Shown here piece after piece: positions 53,750 through 63,287 of a stretch of 64,000 bases of DNA (positions are counted from its first letter, which is position 1; each line of letters begins with the position of its first letter). Both the position numbers and the translations under genes were made by a program. Below the pieces are notes generated by a model. The model saw nothing but the letters and a program-made list of their open reading frames with translations. It did not search any database and was not told the DNA's origin. This DNA comes from Chloroflexota bacterium (GTDB lineage: Bacteria > Chloroflexota > Dehalococcoidia > Lucifugimonadales > UBA3495), in NCBI GenBank assembly GCA_028874075.1, contig JAPPLU010000049.1:122412-186411 (forward strand), written 5' to 3'.

Positions 53750-56700
53750 TTGTTCAAAATCGGCATTGACGTGGGCGGCACTTTTACTGACTTTGTGGTG
53801 GCCGGTGATGGAGGGCAGCCCCGGTTCTTCAAGACTCCATCCACGCCCGACGACCCCTCCGTGGGGGTCATGGCCGGGTTGGCGGAAGCCGCCGAAGGTT
53901 ACGGGCTATCCCTGGATGAGTTCCTGGGGGACACTGACCTGGTCATCCACGGGTCCACAGTTGCCACCAACACCCTGGTGGAACGGAAGGGGGCGAGGGT
54001 GGGCCTGGTCACTACCGAGGGTTTCCGTGACTTGCTGGAGATGCGGGAGGGCCTGAAGGAGGACCGGTACAACCTGCGCATGACGCCCGTAGAGCCCCTG
54101 GCGGCGCGCTACCTGCGGGTAGATGTGCCGGAACGGGTGCGGGCCAGCGGCGCGGTGGAACGTCCCCTGGACGAGGCCGCACTGGCGGAAAGCCTGGATT
54201 ACCTGGCGCGGGAGGGGGCCGAAGCCCTGGCCGTCTGTTTTCTCTTTTCCTACCTGAACCCAGCCCACGAGCGGCGGGCATCGGAGATTATCAGGGAGCG
54301 CTTCCCCGACACATTCACATCCCTTTCCCACGAGGTGATCCCCCAGATCAAGGAGTTCGACCGCCTCAGCACCACGGTGATTAACTCATACGTTGGGCCG
54401 GTGTTCAGCCGCTACCTGTCGCACCTGGCCGAGCGGTTTGCGAACTATCCCCAATTGCGGGACGTGCTCATAATGCAGTCCAACGGTGGAGTGGCCCCCA
54501 TCGAGGACTCGGGGCGGATGGCAGTGCGGGCCATCCTGTCGGGTCCGGCCGGCGGGGTCAGCGCCGCTGCCTGGCTGGGCCATTTGCTGGAAGAACCCCG
54601 CATTATCGCCTTCGACATGGGAGGCACCAGCACGGACATTTCCCTCATCGAGAACGGCGTCCCCCACATCACCAACGAAAAGTTCGAGGCCGGCTGGAAA
54701 ATTGCCGTCCCAATGATAGACATTCACACCCTGGGAGCCGGCGGGGGCAGCATCGCCCGGGTGGACGAGGGAGGCATTCTTCACGTGGGGCCGGACAGCG
54801 CGGGAGCAGAACCGGGGCCGGCCTGTTACGGCAAGGGCGGGACCAGTCCCACCGTTACCGACGCCAGCCTGGCCCTGGGCTACCTGGACCCAGCCAACTT
54901 CCTGGGCGGCAGGGCTACGCTCGATCCGGCGGCCGCCGAGCAGACACTGAGTGAAGAAGTAGGAAGGCCCCTGGACCTGTCCACCGTGGAGGCCGCCTAT
55001 GGTGTGTACCAGGTGGTGTGCACCACGATAGCCGAGGGCATCCGGCTGATGTCGGTGCAACGAGGGGTGGACCCCCGGGAATTTACCCTGATGGGCTTCG
55101 GCGGCGCGTCCGGCCTCCACGCCGCTGAGGTGGCCCGCCAGTTGCAGGTGGAAAGGGTGTACATTCCGGCCTCAGCCCCGGTGCTGTCGGCCTACGGCAT
55201 GCTGAACACTGACATCAAGTACGACTTCTCCCGCTCTTATCCGGTAAGCCTGAACCGGCTGGACCTGGCGGAACTACGCCTTATTCTGGACGAACTGGCC
55301 TCCCAAGGCAGGGACAAGCTATTCGCCCAGGGGATGCCTGAGGAAGCCGTGGAGATTCACTACTCCGCAGATATGCGTTACCTGGACCAGATCTACGAAG
55401 TTACCGCGCCCCTGCCTGATCCCGCGCTGCCGGACTCGGATTTTCTGTCCCAGCTAACTGCCAATTTCCACCGGCGATACCAGGAACTCTACTCCTACAA
55501 CCAGCAGGACCAGGAGGTACGCCTGGTTACGTTGCGGGTTGCAGCCGTGGGCAGGCTGCCCAGAGTCGCCCACTTGGACCGTGGCGACACCCATGCGGCG
55601 GCCGTACCCACCGGCACCCGCCAGGTCTACCTCGGCGAGTGGCGCGAGGCGCCCACCTATACCGCTGATAGGCTGCCCACCGGAATAGAAATCACCGGCC
55701 CGGCCATCCTCGAGTCCGACTTCACAACGATCCTGGTGCGGCCCGGCGACTCCGCCACCGTGGACGCCATGGGTGGCATTGCGTTGCGGGTTAACCTGGA
55801 AACTCCGATCTCTCCGCCGGAGGGAGAGTTTAGTGACGGCATGACAGGTGACCGGCCTGAACAAGGCCATGCCGACCCCATCACACTGGCGGTGGTCGAG
55901 CACCGGCTGGAGTCCATCGCCCGCGAAATGACCGACGCCATGCTGCGCACGGCCATGTCCCAAATCCTCAACTCCAGCCGCGACTTCTCCACAGCCATCC
56001 TGGACGGCGAGTGCCAACTGGTGGCCCAGGGCGAGGGGATCCCGGTCCACATAAGCGCGCTGCCCGTGGCGGGCGGCGCCGTGCGGGACTACTTTGGCGA
56101 CAGTATTTCCGAGGGCGACCTGTTCATTCTGAATGACCCCTATTTTGGCGGCAGCCACCTGCCGGACATCACCATAATCCGGCCCATATTTCATGATGGG
56201 AGGCTGCTCTTCTATGGCGTGAACCGCGCGCACCACAGCGACGTGGGCGGCGGAACCCACGGCGGCTACAACCCGGGAGCCAACGAAATATTCCAGGAAG
56301 GCCTGCGCATCCCTCCCCTGAAGCTTTACGACAAGGGTGTGCCCCGGGAGGACCTGCTCCAGATGCTGGCGGCCAACGTCCGGCTACCTGAGAACTTCCT
56401 TGGCGACCTCAACGCGCAGATAGGCTCGGTTATGCTGGCCGCCCAGCGCATCCAGTCCCTGCTGGCCGACTACGGCGCCGACCGGTTGATGGCAGTGGTA
56501 TCCGAGATCCTGGCCGCCACGGAACGGCAGGTGCGCCGCTTCATCTCCGGCTGGCCGGACGGCGTTTATTACGGGGAGTCGCTGGTGGACGACGACGGCT
56601 TTAACAGCAAGCTGGTGCCCATCCGGGCCAAAGTCACCATCGAAGGTGACGGCATGACCATCGACCTGGGCGAGTCCAGCCCCCAGGTTGAGGGGTTTAT

Positions 56701-57505
56701 CAACAGCGCCTATGCCAACACCCGTTCCCTGGCCCACGCCGCCATCATGTACCTGGCGCCCCTGGACGTGGCCCGCAACGAGGGTTCGATGCGTCCGGTC
56801 CGGATAGTCGCCCCGAAAGGCCTGGTGGTCAACGCCAACCCGCCGGCCCCCGTGTGCATGAGCACCAATCACTGTGCTGAAGAGGTGGTGGAGGCGGTGT
56901 TCAAGGCGCTGGCCCCGGCCATCCCCGAAGCAGTCTCCGCCGGCTTCTCCCGGCGCCTGCGCTACGCCATCACCGGCAAAGACCCGAGGACCGGCCGGAA
57001 GTTCATCTGGCACTTTTTCCTGGCCCGCGGTGGCGGCGGAGCGTCTTACGGATACGATGGCTGGCCCAACGTGGGCGAGATTAACGTGGCAGGGGGAATC
57101 CGGTCGCCCAGCATCGAGGTAACGGAGGAACGGTTCCCCCTCTTCGTTTTGCGCCACGAACTGCGTCCCGACTCGGGTGGTGAAGGAGAGTGGCGCGGGG
57201 GCCTGGGCGCGGTGTGCGACCTGGTGTACGAGGGTGACGGCCCGGCCCTGCTTAACACTGCGGGCGACGGCATTGTGGTGCCGCCGTTCGGCCTTTTTGA
57301 AGGGGCCGACGGCCTGCCGCACCACTACAAGATTGTTTCCGATGGCACGGACCGGGTCCTCGGCTCCAAGGAGGTTGGGGTGGTGGTGAACTCGGGCGAC
57401 CACATTGTCTGCCTGTCCTCGGGCGGCGGCGGTTACGGCGCCTCGCAGAAGCGGGACAAGAAGGCAAGGGCCTGGGACTTGCGGAATGGGTATGTGACGG
57501 AGTAG
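53750..57505 (+). CDS. Fused hydantoinase A/B: N-methylhydantoinase (ATP-hydrolysing) / 5-oxoprolinase-like
   Basis: FKIGIDVGGTFTDFVV (HyuA start). After about residue 700, DPITLAVVEHRLESIAREM...SRDFSTAILD (HyuB). TTG 53750 lies 6 nt after AGGAGG. The upstream 100 codons of the track ORF run through REP-like sequence. Confidence 0.85.
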   Translation: MFKIGIDVGGTFTDFVVAGDGGQPRFFKTPSTPDDPSVGVMAGLAEAAEGYGLSLDEFLGDTDLVIHGSTVATNTLVERKGARVGLVTTEGFRDLLEMREGLKEDRYNLRMTPVEPLAARYLRVDVPERVRASGAVERPLDEAALAESLDYLAREGAEALAVCFLFSYLNPAHERRASEIIRERFPDTFTSLSHEVIPQIKEFDRLSTTVINSYVGPVFSRYLSHLAERFANYPQLRDVLIMQSNGGVAPIEDSGRMAVRAILSGPAGGVSAAAWLGHLLEEPRIIAFDMGGTSTDISLIENGVPHITNEKFEAGWKIAVPMIDIHTLGAGGGSIARVDEGGILHVGPDSAGAEPGPACYGKGGTSPTVTDASLALGYLDPANFLGGRATLDPAAAEQTLSEEVGRPLDLSTVEAAYGVYQVVCTTIAEGIRLMSVQRGVDPREFTLMGFGGASGLHAAEVARQLQVERVYIPASAPVLSAYGMLNTDIKYDFSRSYPVSLNRLDLAELRLILDELASQGRDKLFAQGMPEEAVEIHYSADMRYLDQIYEVTAPLPDPALPDSDFLSQLTANFHRRYQELYSYNQQDQEVRLVTLRVAAVGRLPRVAHLDRGDTHAAAVPTGTRQVYLGEWREAPTYTADRLPTGIEITGPAILESDFTTILVRPGDSATVDAMGGIALRVNLETPISPPEGEFSDGMTGDRPEQGHADPITLAVVEHRLESIAREMTDAMLRTAMSQILNSSRDFSTAILDGECQLVAQGEGIPVHISALPVAGGAVRDYFGDSISEGDLFILNDPYFGGSHLPDITIIRPIFHDGRLLFYGVNRAHHSDVGGGTHGGYNPGANEIFQEGLRIPPLKLYDKGVPREDLLQMLAANVRLPENFLGDLNAQIGSVMLAAQRIQSLLADYGADRLMAVVSEILAATERQVRRFISGWPDGVYYGESLVDDDGFNSKLVPIRAKVTIEGDGMTIDLGESSPQVEGFINSAYANTRSLAHAAIMYLAPLDVARNEGSMRPVRIVAPKGLVVNANPPAPVCMSTNHCAEEVVEAVFKALAPAIPEAVSAGFSRRLRYAITGKDPRTGRKFIWHFFLARGGGGASYGYDGWPNVGEINVAGGIRSPSIEVTEERFPLFVLRHELRPDSGGEGEWRGGLGAVCDLVYEGDGPALLNTAGDGIVVPPFGLFEGADGLPHHYKIVSDGTDRVLGSKEVGVVVNSGDHIVCLSSGGGGYGASQKRDKKARAWDLRNGYVTE

Positions 57506-57643
57506 GGGGCGGGTTTGAAATCCGCCCCTACGTGGGTTGGCCGGGTACCATCACCCCCACCCTAGCCCCCCCGTCGAGGGAGAAGGGACTATTCGGGGTT
57601 GCCAGGGCAGCACATAGGTCTGCCCCTACGTGGGTTGACCGGG
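57502..57643. repeat. Cluster of REP-like hairpin elements (families 1 and 2)
   Basis: GTAGGGGGCGGGTTTGAAATCCGCCCCTACGTGGG; CATCACCCCCACCCTAGCCCCCCCGTCGAGGGAGAAGGGA; GGGGTTGCCAGGGCAGCACATAGGTCTGCCCCTACGTGGG. Confidence 0.65.
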
Positions 57644-58420
57644 GGACTGGACGCCCGGGCCCCAGGTAACACCGAAGTCCGCTCTTGCCGCCAGTTGACC
57701 GGTGAAGGTGGAGGCGTCCTGGAGGGCCAGGTAGACGGCGCTGGGACCAACGGCGCTGGGGTCCACCCTTTCGTGCCAGTCGCGCTGGGTCCAGGGGATG
57801 GCGGCCGAGCCTTCGCTGCGGAGGGAGCCGGGGCTGAGGATGTTGACAGCGATGTTGTAGTCGCGCACCTCGTCGGCCAGGCAGAGGCTGAACATGTGGA
57901 CGGCGGCCTTGCTGGCGCTGTAGAGAACGCCGCCGCCCTGGGCCGGGTCGGTGGCCATGCGGGAGCCGATGTTGATGATGCTGCCCCGCCGCTGTTCCAT
58001 CATTACGGGCAACACGGCCCGGGAGCACAGGTAGGGGCCGCCCACGTTAACCCGTATCAACTGGTCCCAGCGGGCGGGGTCAATTTCCAGGATGGACTCC
58101 CCCAGCACCATGGTTCCGGCATTGTTGAACAGCACGTCGATCCTGCCGTAGCGCTCCTCTGCCAGGCGGACCATTTCGTCGACCTGAGCCTCATCGGTAA
58201 CATCGCAGTTGGTGGCGGTAACCTCTCCCCCCGCCTGGCGGATATCCTCGACGGTCTCTTCGATGGTGCCTGGCAGGCCGGTGGGAGACTGGCTGCGGGC
58301 GCTAATGACCACACTGGCCCCCTGGTGAGCGAACTCCCTGGCTATAGCCCGTCCCAGGCCCCGGCTGGCGCCAGTTACGATGGCCACCATTCCGTTCATC
58401 TGACCGTCCCTTTGACCCAT
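57626..58420 (-). CDS. Short-chain dehydrogenase/reductase (classical SDR)
   Basis: VAIVTGASRGLGRAIA (TGxxxGxG), NNAG, YSASKAAV (YxxxK). ATG 58420 is preceded by GAGGAGG. The last ~8 codons run into a REP element. Confidence 0.85.
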   Translation of the reverse strand: MGQRDGQMNGMVAIVTGASRGLGRAIAREFAHQGASVVISARSQSPTGLPGTIEETVEDIRQAGGEVTATNCDVTDEAQVDEMVRLAEERYGRIDVLFNNAGTMVLGESILEIDPARWDQLIRVNVGGPYLCSRAVLPVMMEQRRGSIINIGSRMATDPAQGGGVLYSASKAAVHMFSLCLADEVRDYNIAVNILSPGSLRSEGSAAIPWTQRDWHERVDPSAVGPSAVYLALQDASTFTGQLAARADFGVTWGPGVQSPGQPT

Positions 58421-58481
58421 AGTCGGCCTCCTCAGACGTGGAAGTTACCCGTGGCAGTCATTGTCGCAGGTGTGGGGTGCT

Positions 58482-58730
58482 GGGGGAAGGGGATTCGGAC
58501 GTGGATGGGGAGGGTGATCCTTCGACGAGCTCCGGATGAGTGGGGAAAGGGGTTGGGACGGGGTTGCCAGGGCAGACACATAGGTCTGCCCCTACGCGGC
58601 GGACGGGAACGACGGGTTTTGGGAAAGGGGTAGGGCAGGGTTGGAGCCCGCCCCTACGTGGGTTTCCGTCCTTCGGCCCGCCAAAGGTCCGCCAGAGGCG
58701 GATTCCGCAGGCTCAGGATGAGTGGGGACG
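58482..58730. repeat. Cluster of REP-like elements (families 1 and 3)
   Basis: CCTTCGACGAGCTCCGGATGAGTGGGG; GGGAAAGGGGTTGGGACGGGGTTGCCAGGGCAGACACATAGGTCTGCCCCTACGCGG; GGGAAAGGGGTAGGGCAGGGTTGGAGCCCGCCCCTACGTGGG; CGCAGGCTCAGGATGAGTGGGG. Confidence 0.65.
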
Positions 58731-58960
58731 GCTTAGGTCGTGAGCCCAAAGCTGCCCTTTGGGGCCTGTCTGGAGATTACAAGCCAGATGTAGGGGCACT
58801 ACTGGCGAACATTCCTGGGTTCAAAGACTGTGGAGTAACCAACGAGGTGAATCCTGCTTTGCTTTGCAGCCACAGTCACTTTCTGAGCGGTTTGCGCGGG
58901 CAACCGATTAAACCTGAATAAAGTGACCTGCGGCTGAAGCGCCACCCAAGGCGTTGGCGA

Positions 58961-59002
58961 CCGTCAAACGGAAACCGGAGACCCGGAAATCCTCCGGGCC
59001 TC
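58961..59002 (-). terminator. Candidate terminator after the S8 protease gene
   Basis: Minus strand: GAGGCCCGGA-GGATT-TCCGGGTCTC (10-bp stem, one G-U) followed by CGGTTTCCGTTTG. Confidence 0.5.
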
Positions 59003-59050
59003 GGTAAAGCGCATTTATTTGGCAGCCTGTGAACCGGCCAGCCCGTTAAC

Positions 59051-62000
59051 TTAATCCAGCCCCGAGATGGTCAGTGTGAAACTTCCCGCCGTCCCCGGAC
59101 TGTAGGTCGTCGCCTCTATGGTGTAGGTCCCTGCGTCCAGGGTCTCACTTATCCGCGAGTTCAGGTTGACGCCGCCGCTTTCTATGTCGTCGTTTTCGTG
59201 TTCTGCGTCCCCGCTACGGGCTTCCCCTTGTCTCAGGTATAGGTAGGGGTCAACGCTGGATACAAGCTCGATCGTTATTTGGGAAGCCTCTTCCAGCGTA
59301 AAGGTGTAGTAACGGGCATACCCACGGCCCGACACCTGCGACTGGCAACCCGCCACCCAACTGCCACCGACAGAACCATCAGCGCTAATGGTGGACCCGC
59401 ACTGGTCGGTTTCCGTTCCACTGCTGTCGTCCGTGCCGCCTCCCAGGCCAGAAATAGTCAGGGTAAAGGCACCAGTGCTGCCAGCAGCATAGGTCGTCGC
59501 TTCGATGGTGTAGGTCCCTGCGTCCAGGGTCTCGCTTATCCGCGAGTTCAGGTTCACGCCACCGCTGGCGATGTCGTCATTTTCGTGCAGGGCATCGCCC
59601 GCTCGGGCGTCGCCGGGCCGCAGGTACAGGTAGGTGTCCACGTCGGAGGTCAGCTCCATGGTTACCGCCGATTCCTCGGCCAGGGTGAAGGTGTAGTAGC
59701 GGGCGTAGCCCCGGTCGGGGACTGATGATTCGCAACCCGGGGCCCACGTGCCGGTGGTGGCGCCGTCCGTAGTGATGGCGGTGGCGGCGCAGTTGTCCGT
59801 TTCTTCATCTCCGGGCTCTGTTTCCATTTCATCCTCGCCATCGCCGTCCAAGCCGGTGAAGGTGAGGGTGAAGGTTCCGGATTGGTCTCCACCGTAGGTT
59901 GTGGCTTCGATGGTGTAGGTACCGGCGGCCAGGGTCTCGCTGATCCGCGAGTTCAGGTTCACGCCACCGCTGGCGATGTCGTCATTTTCGTGCAGGGCAT
60001 CGCCCGCTCGGGCGTCGCCGGGCCGCAGGTACAGGTAGGTGTCCACGTCGGAGGTCAGCTCCATGGTTACCGCCGATTCCTCGGCCAGGGTGAAGGTGTA
60101 GTAGCGGGCGTAGCCCCGGTCGGGGACTGATGATTCGCAACCCGGGGCCCACGTGCCGGTGGTGGCGCCGTCCGTAGTGATGGCGGTGGCGGCGCAGTTG
60201 TCCGTTTCTTCATCTCCGGGCTCTGTTTCCATTTCATCCTCGCCATCGCCGTCCAAGCCGGTGAAGGTGAGGGTGAAGGTTCCGGATTGGTCTCCACCGT
60301 AGGTTGTGGCTTCGATGGTGTAGGTACCGGCGGCCAGGGTCTCGCTGATTCGGGAGTTGGTATCCGTCCCGGGCGCCACGTCGTCATTGAAGGCCACCGC
60401 GACTCCGGTCCGGGCCGTTCCGCTCCGCAAGTAAAGGAACGGGTCTACGTCGGACACCAGGTCAATGGTCACCGCAGACTGCTGGTCCAGGGTGAAGGTG
60501 TAGTAGCGGGCGTAGCCCCGGTCGAGGACTGATGATTCGCAACCCGGGGCCCAGGTTCCGGTGGTGGCGCCATCAGTGGTGAGGGTGAAGCCGCAGCCGT
60601 CCGGCGTAGTTTCCTCCTCTCCAGCGCCGCCGCCAAGGCCGGAGATGGTCAAGGTGAATTCGCCCGATTGGCCGGTATCGTAGGTGGTGGCTTCGATGGT
60701 GTAGGCACCTGCCGTAAGGGTAGCCGTTATCCGAGAGTTGGTGTTTGCCCCGGCCTCTATGTCGTCGTTCTCGTGGAGAAAGTCTTCCGATCGGGAGTCT
60801 CCGGCTCTCAGGAAGAGGTAGGGGTCCACGCTGGAGTTAAGCTCGATGGTTACCTGGGTGGTCTCCTCCAGGGTGAAGTTGTAGTACTGGGAGTAGCCGC
60901 GGTCAGCGGCGGTCGACTGGCACGACGGCGACCACGAGCCGGTGGTGGCGCCATCGTTGGTGAGCTCGTGGACGCAGTCGCCTACGTCGGTGGCGGGAAG
61001 CTTGGCGAGGCCGTAGCCCCAGGTATTGTTGGGGACGGCGCCCCTGGGTTCGGCGTTGTCCTTGAGGTAGGCGGCGGTTTCCTCAGCCGTCAAGTCGGGG
61101 AAGCGCTGGCGGACCAGGGCGGCCATGCCGGCCACGTGAGGGGAGGCCTGGCTGGTACCGGGGAACCAGCAGCCCTGACCGTTGTCGCGCCGGGTGCGGT
61201 ACTCGTAGCTGACGGATGCGGCGCAATCGATCCCTACGATGTCGGGCTTGATGCGACCGTCGGGGGTGGGGCCCTGGCTGCTGAAGGGCTCAATGGTATT
61301 GACGTCGTAGAAGGGCGATGCTCCCACTGCCAGCAGGCCGGGGTTGGCGCTTTCGGCCGGGTTGGCGATGCTGCCATTGCCGGTATGGATCCCAAGTCCG
61401 CCACGACCCGAGAACATCTCCAATTGGATCCAGTTGGGGACGGGCCCACCGGCGTGAACTATGATGACGCCAACATCGTTGCTGTCAATTGGTGACCGAA
61501 GAGAGAAGAATTCAAAGGGCTCATGGTCGCTTGCTCCCGACTGCGGCACTCTGCTTCCAATGAATCCCCATCCCGCTGGGATGCTCAAGAGGGCGTCGGT
61601 GCTTCTGTCCCACAGGTACATGTCCAGGTCCGTGCTGGCGCCGCCCCAACTGTCTTCCCAGCGCAGCTGGAAGGTATAGCGCTGGCACTCCAAGAGGGTA
61701 ATGGGGTTTATTTCGACGCCGGAACTGTTGAAGCTCATTATGCCATCGCCGTCGTGGTCAGAGAGACTTCCGAACCAGGTGTCTTCCGCAGAGTTTCCTG
61801 CTGCGTTCACCCAAATGATGCCGTCATCGACAGCCTGGTCAATTGTGTTCAAGGGACTGCTGCTGTAGGGAGAGGTTCCGTCTCCGCGACTGCCGTAGTG
61901 GGTCCAGCCCACGGAGTAGTTGATGACCTGTACTCCCTGGGAGGCCATCCACGCAGCGGTTGCCTGCAGGTCTCCCCATGACCCGGGCTGGGAGATGTAG

Positions 62001-62767
62001 AGGATGGCATCGGGGGCGATGTCAATGACCGCTTCGGCGACGGCCGTGCCGTGGACGCTGCCAGAGTTACCACGAGAGCATTGGTTGAAGTCCGGCAGCG
62101 GCTCTGAGGCCTCGCAGTCGGCGAGGTTGGAGGTGTAGACGCCCACGTCGGTGTAGCACCGGGCGACGACGGTAGAGGGGAGTTCGACGCCCATGAGGCC
62201 GGAGTAGCCGGTGAAGCCCACGTCGATTACGCCGACCTTGACGCCCTGGCCCTGGTAGCCGGCGTCCTGCCAGGAGTCGGCCAGGTGGAGGGCTACGGCC
62301 TGGCTGGTTACGTTGCCGTAGGCCGGCTGGGGCGGGATGATCTCCTGGACCTGGGTTACGCCGGGCTGCAGGGAGAGGGGGCCAAGGAGGGACACGGGCA
62401 CGTAGGCCTCGACGTAGTCGCTACCCACGTTGCGGGGGTCGCCGCCGTTGTCTTCCAGGTAGGTGACCACGTCGGAGACATGGCCATCCAGGTAGATGGT
62501 GACGGCGACGGAGCCGCCGGAGTGGACGGGGGCCTGGCCCGCGGCCTGGCCCTGGGACATCCGGCCGGAGCCGTAACCTTCGGCCAGGTGGTTGAGGTGG
62601 GCGCTGAGGTTGGGGTAGGCGTAGCTGGGCTTGGGGGGGACTGCCGGGTCGTCGCCGCCCTGGGCGAAGGCGCTGGGGATGAAGAGGGACAGGGTTACCA
62701 GGAGGGCGACGGCCACCAGGACGGCGGCGGCCAGGGCGAGTTTAGCAGGGGGGTCCAAGTGTGCCAT
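59051..62767 (-). CDS. Secreted subtilisin-like (S8) serine protease with five C-terminal PPC-like (pre-peptidase C-terminal) domains
   Basis: Signal peptide ...LSLFIPSAFA-QG. Catalytic motifs VGVIDVGF (Asp), HGTAVAEAV (His) and PGTSQASPHVAGMAALV (Ser). Five repeats of ~115-135 aa with C..DG...G.W...C.S...RGYARYYTFTL....YLYLR.G....END....NSRI..L.AGTYTIEATTY. Start at ATG 62767, or GTG 62788. Confidence 0.85.
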   Translation of the reverse strand: MAHLDPPAKLALAAAVLVAVALLVTLSLFIPSAFAQGGDDPAVPPKPSYAYPNLSAHLNHLAEGYGSGRMSQGQAAGQAPVHSGGSVAVTIYLDGHVSDVVTYLEDNGGDPRNVGSDYVEAYVPVSLLGPLSLQPGVTQVQEIIPPQPAYGNVTSQAVALHLADSWQDAGYQGQGVKVGVIDVGFTGYSGLMGVELPSTVVARCYTDVGVYTSNLADCEASEPLPDFNQCSRGNSGSVHGTAVAEAVIDIAPDAILYISQPGSWGDLQATAAWMASQGVQVINYSVGWTHYGSRGDGTSPYSSSPLNTIDQAVDDGIIWVNAAGNSAEDTWFGSLSDHDGDGIMSFNSSGVEINPITLLECQRYTFQLRWEDSWGGASTDLDMYLWDRSTDALLSIPAGWGFIGSRVPQSGASDHEPFEFFSLRSPIDSNDVGVIIVHAGGPVPNWIQLEMFSGRGGLGIHTGNGSIANPAESANPGLLAVGASPFYDVNTIEPFSSQGPTPDGRIKPDIVGIDCAASVSYEYRTRRDNGQGCWFPGTSQASPHVAGMAALVRQRFPDLTAEETAAYLKDNAEPRGAVPNNTWGYGLAKLPATDVGDCVHELTNDGATTGSWSPSCQSTAADRGYSQYYNFTLEETTQVTIELNSSVDPYLFLRAGDSRSEDFLHENDDIEAGANTNSRITATLTAGAYTIEATTYDTGQSGEFTLTISGLGGGAGEEETTPDGCGFTLTTDGATTGTWAPGCESSVLDRGYARYYTFTLDQQSAVTIDLVSDVDPFLYLRSGTARTGVAVAFNDDVAPGTDTNSRISETLAAGTYTIEATTYGGDQSGTFTLTFTGLDGDGEDEMETEPGDEETDNCAATAITTDGATTGTWAPGCESSVPDRGYARYYTFTLAEESAVTMELTSDVDTYLYLRPGDARAGDALHENDDIASGGVNLNSRISETLAAGTYTIEATTYGGDQSGTFTLTFTGLDGDGEDEMETEPGDEETDNCAATAITTDGATTGTWAPGCESSVPDRGYARYYTFTLAEESAVTMELTSDVDTYLYLRPGDARAGDALHENDDIASGGVNLNSRISETLDAGTYTIEATTYAAGSTGAFTLTISGLGGGTDDSSGTETDQCGSTISADGSVGGSWVAGCQSQVSGRGYARYYTFTLEEASQITIELVSSVDPYLYLRQGEARSGDAEHENDDIESGGVNLNSRISETLDAGTYTIEATTYSPGTAGSFTLTISGLD
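59538..60349 (-). repeat. Perfect tandem duplication (2 x 405 nt) inside the S8 protease gene
   Basis: 59538-59944 is identical to 59943-60349 wherever I compared the lines. Off-frame track ORFs ending at 59725 and 60130 have identical C-terminal translations. Confidence 0.85.
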
Positions 62768-62951
62768 CTTTGCCACACCACACCTCACAACTTCAGAGAT
62801 GGCGCCCCTGGCGGCCGGGCCCGGAGGCGTCGGGCTGCAAGGGCAAAGCTATAGTAGCAGGTGGGAGATGGGTTGCGCATCAATATGACGGGCGGGTTTG
62901 GGGGAATTGGGGCGGGGGTGTGACCGCGGAGGCGCGGCGGTTTGCAGAGGT

Positions 62952-63080
62952 GGGGGAAAGGGGTAGGGGCGGGGTTGCCAGGGCAGACACGTAGGTCTGC
63001 CCCTACGCGGGTTGACGGGTTGGGGGGTTGGGGGAAAGGGGTAGGGGCGCACAACCGTGCGCCCCTACGGGTTGCCAGGG
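62952..63080. repeat. Two REP-like family-1 elements
   Basis: GGGGGAAAGGGGTAGGGGCGGGGTTGCCAGGGCAGACACGTAGGTCTGCCCCTACGCGGG, and GGGGGAAAGGGGTAGGGGCGCACAACCGTGCGCCCCTACGGG (12-bp perfect stem). Confidence 0.65.
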
Positions 63081-63089
63081 GGGGATGGG

Positions 63090-63224
<135 letters not shown>

Positions 63225-63265
63225 CATCACCCCCACCCTAGCCCTCCCCCGTCGAGGGGGAGGGG
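63225..63265 (+). repeat. REP-like element, family 2
   Basis: CATCACCCCCACCCTAGCCCTCCCCCGTCGAGGGGGAGGGGA, with hairpin CCCTCCCCC-GTCGA-GGGGGAGGG. Near-identical to 57549-57587. Confidence 0.6.
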
Positions 63266-63287
63266 ATTTTTCGTTGCCAGCCGTTGG

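Noticed and set aside
57502-58730. Possible CRISPR array, given the repeated GC-rich hairpins
   Set aside because: The repeats differ in sequence and length, their spacing is irregular, they occur singly at many other loci, and no cas genes are present. This behaviour is REP-like, not CRISPR-like.
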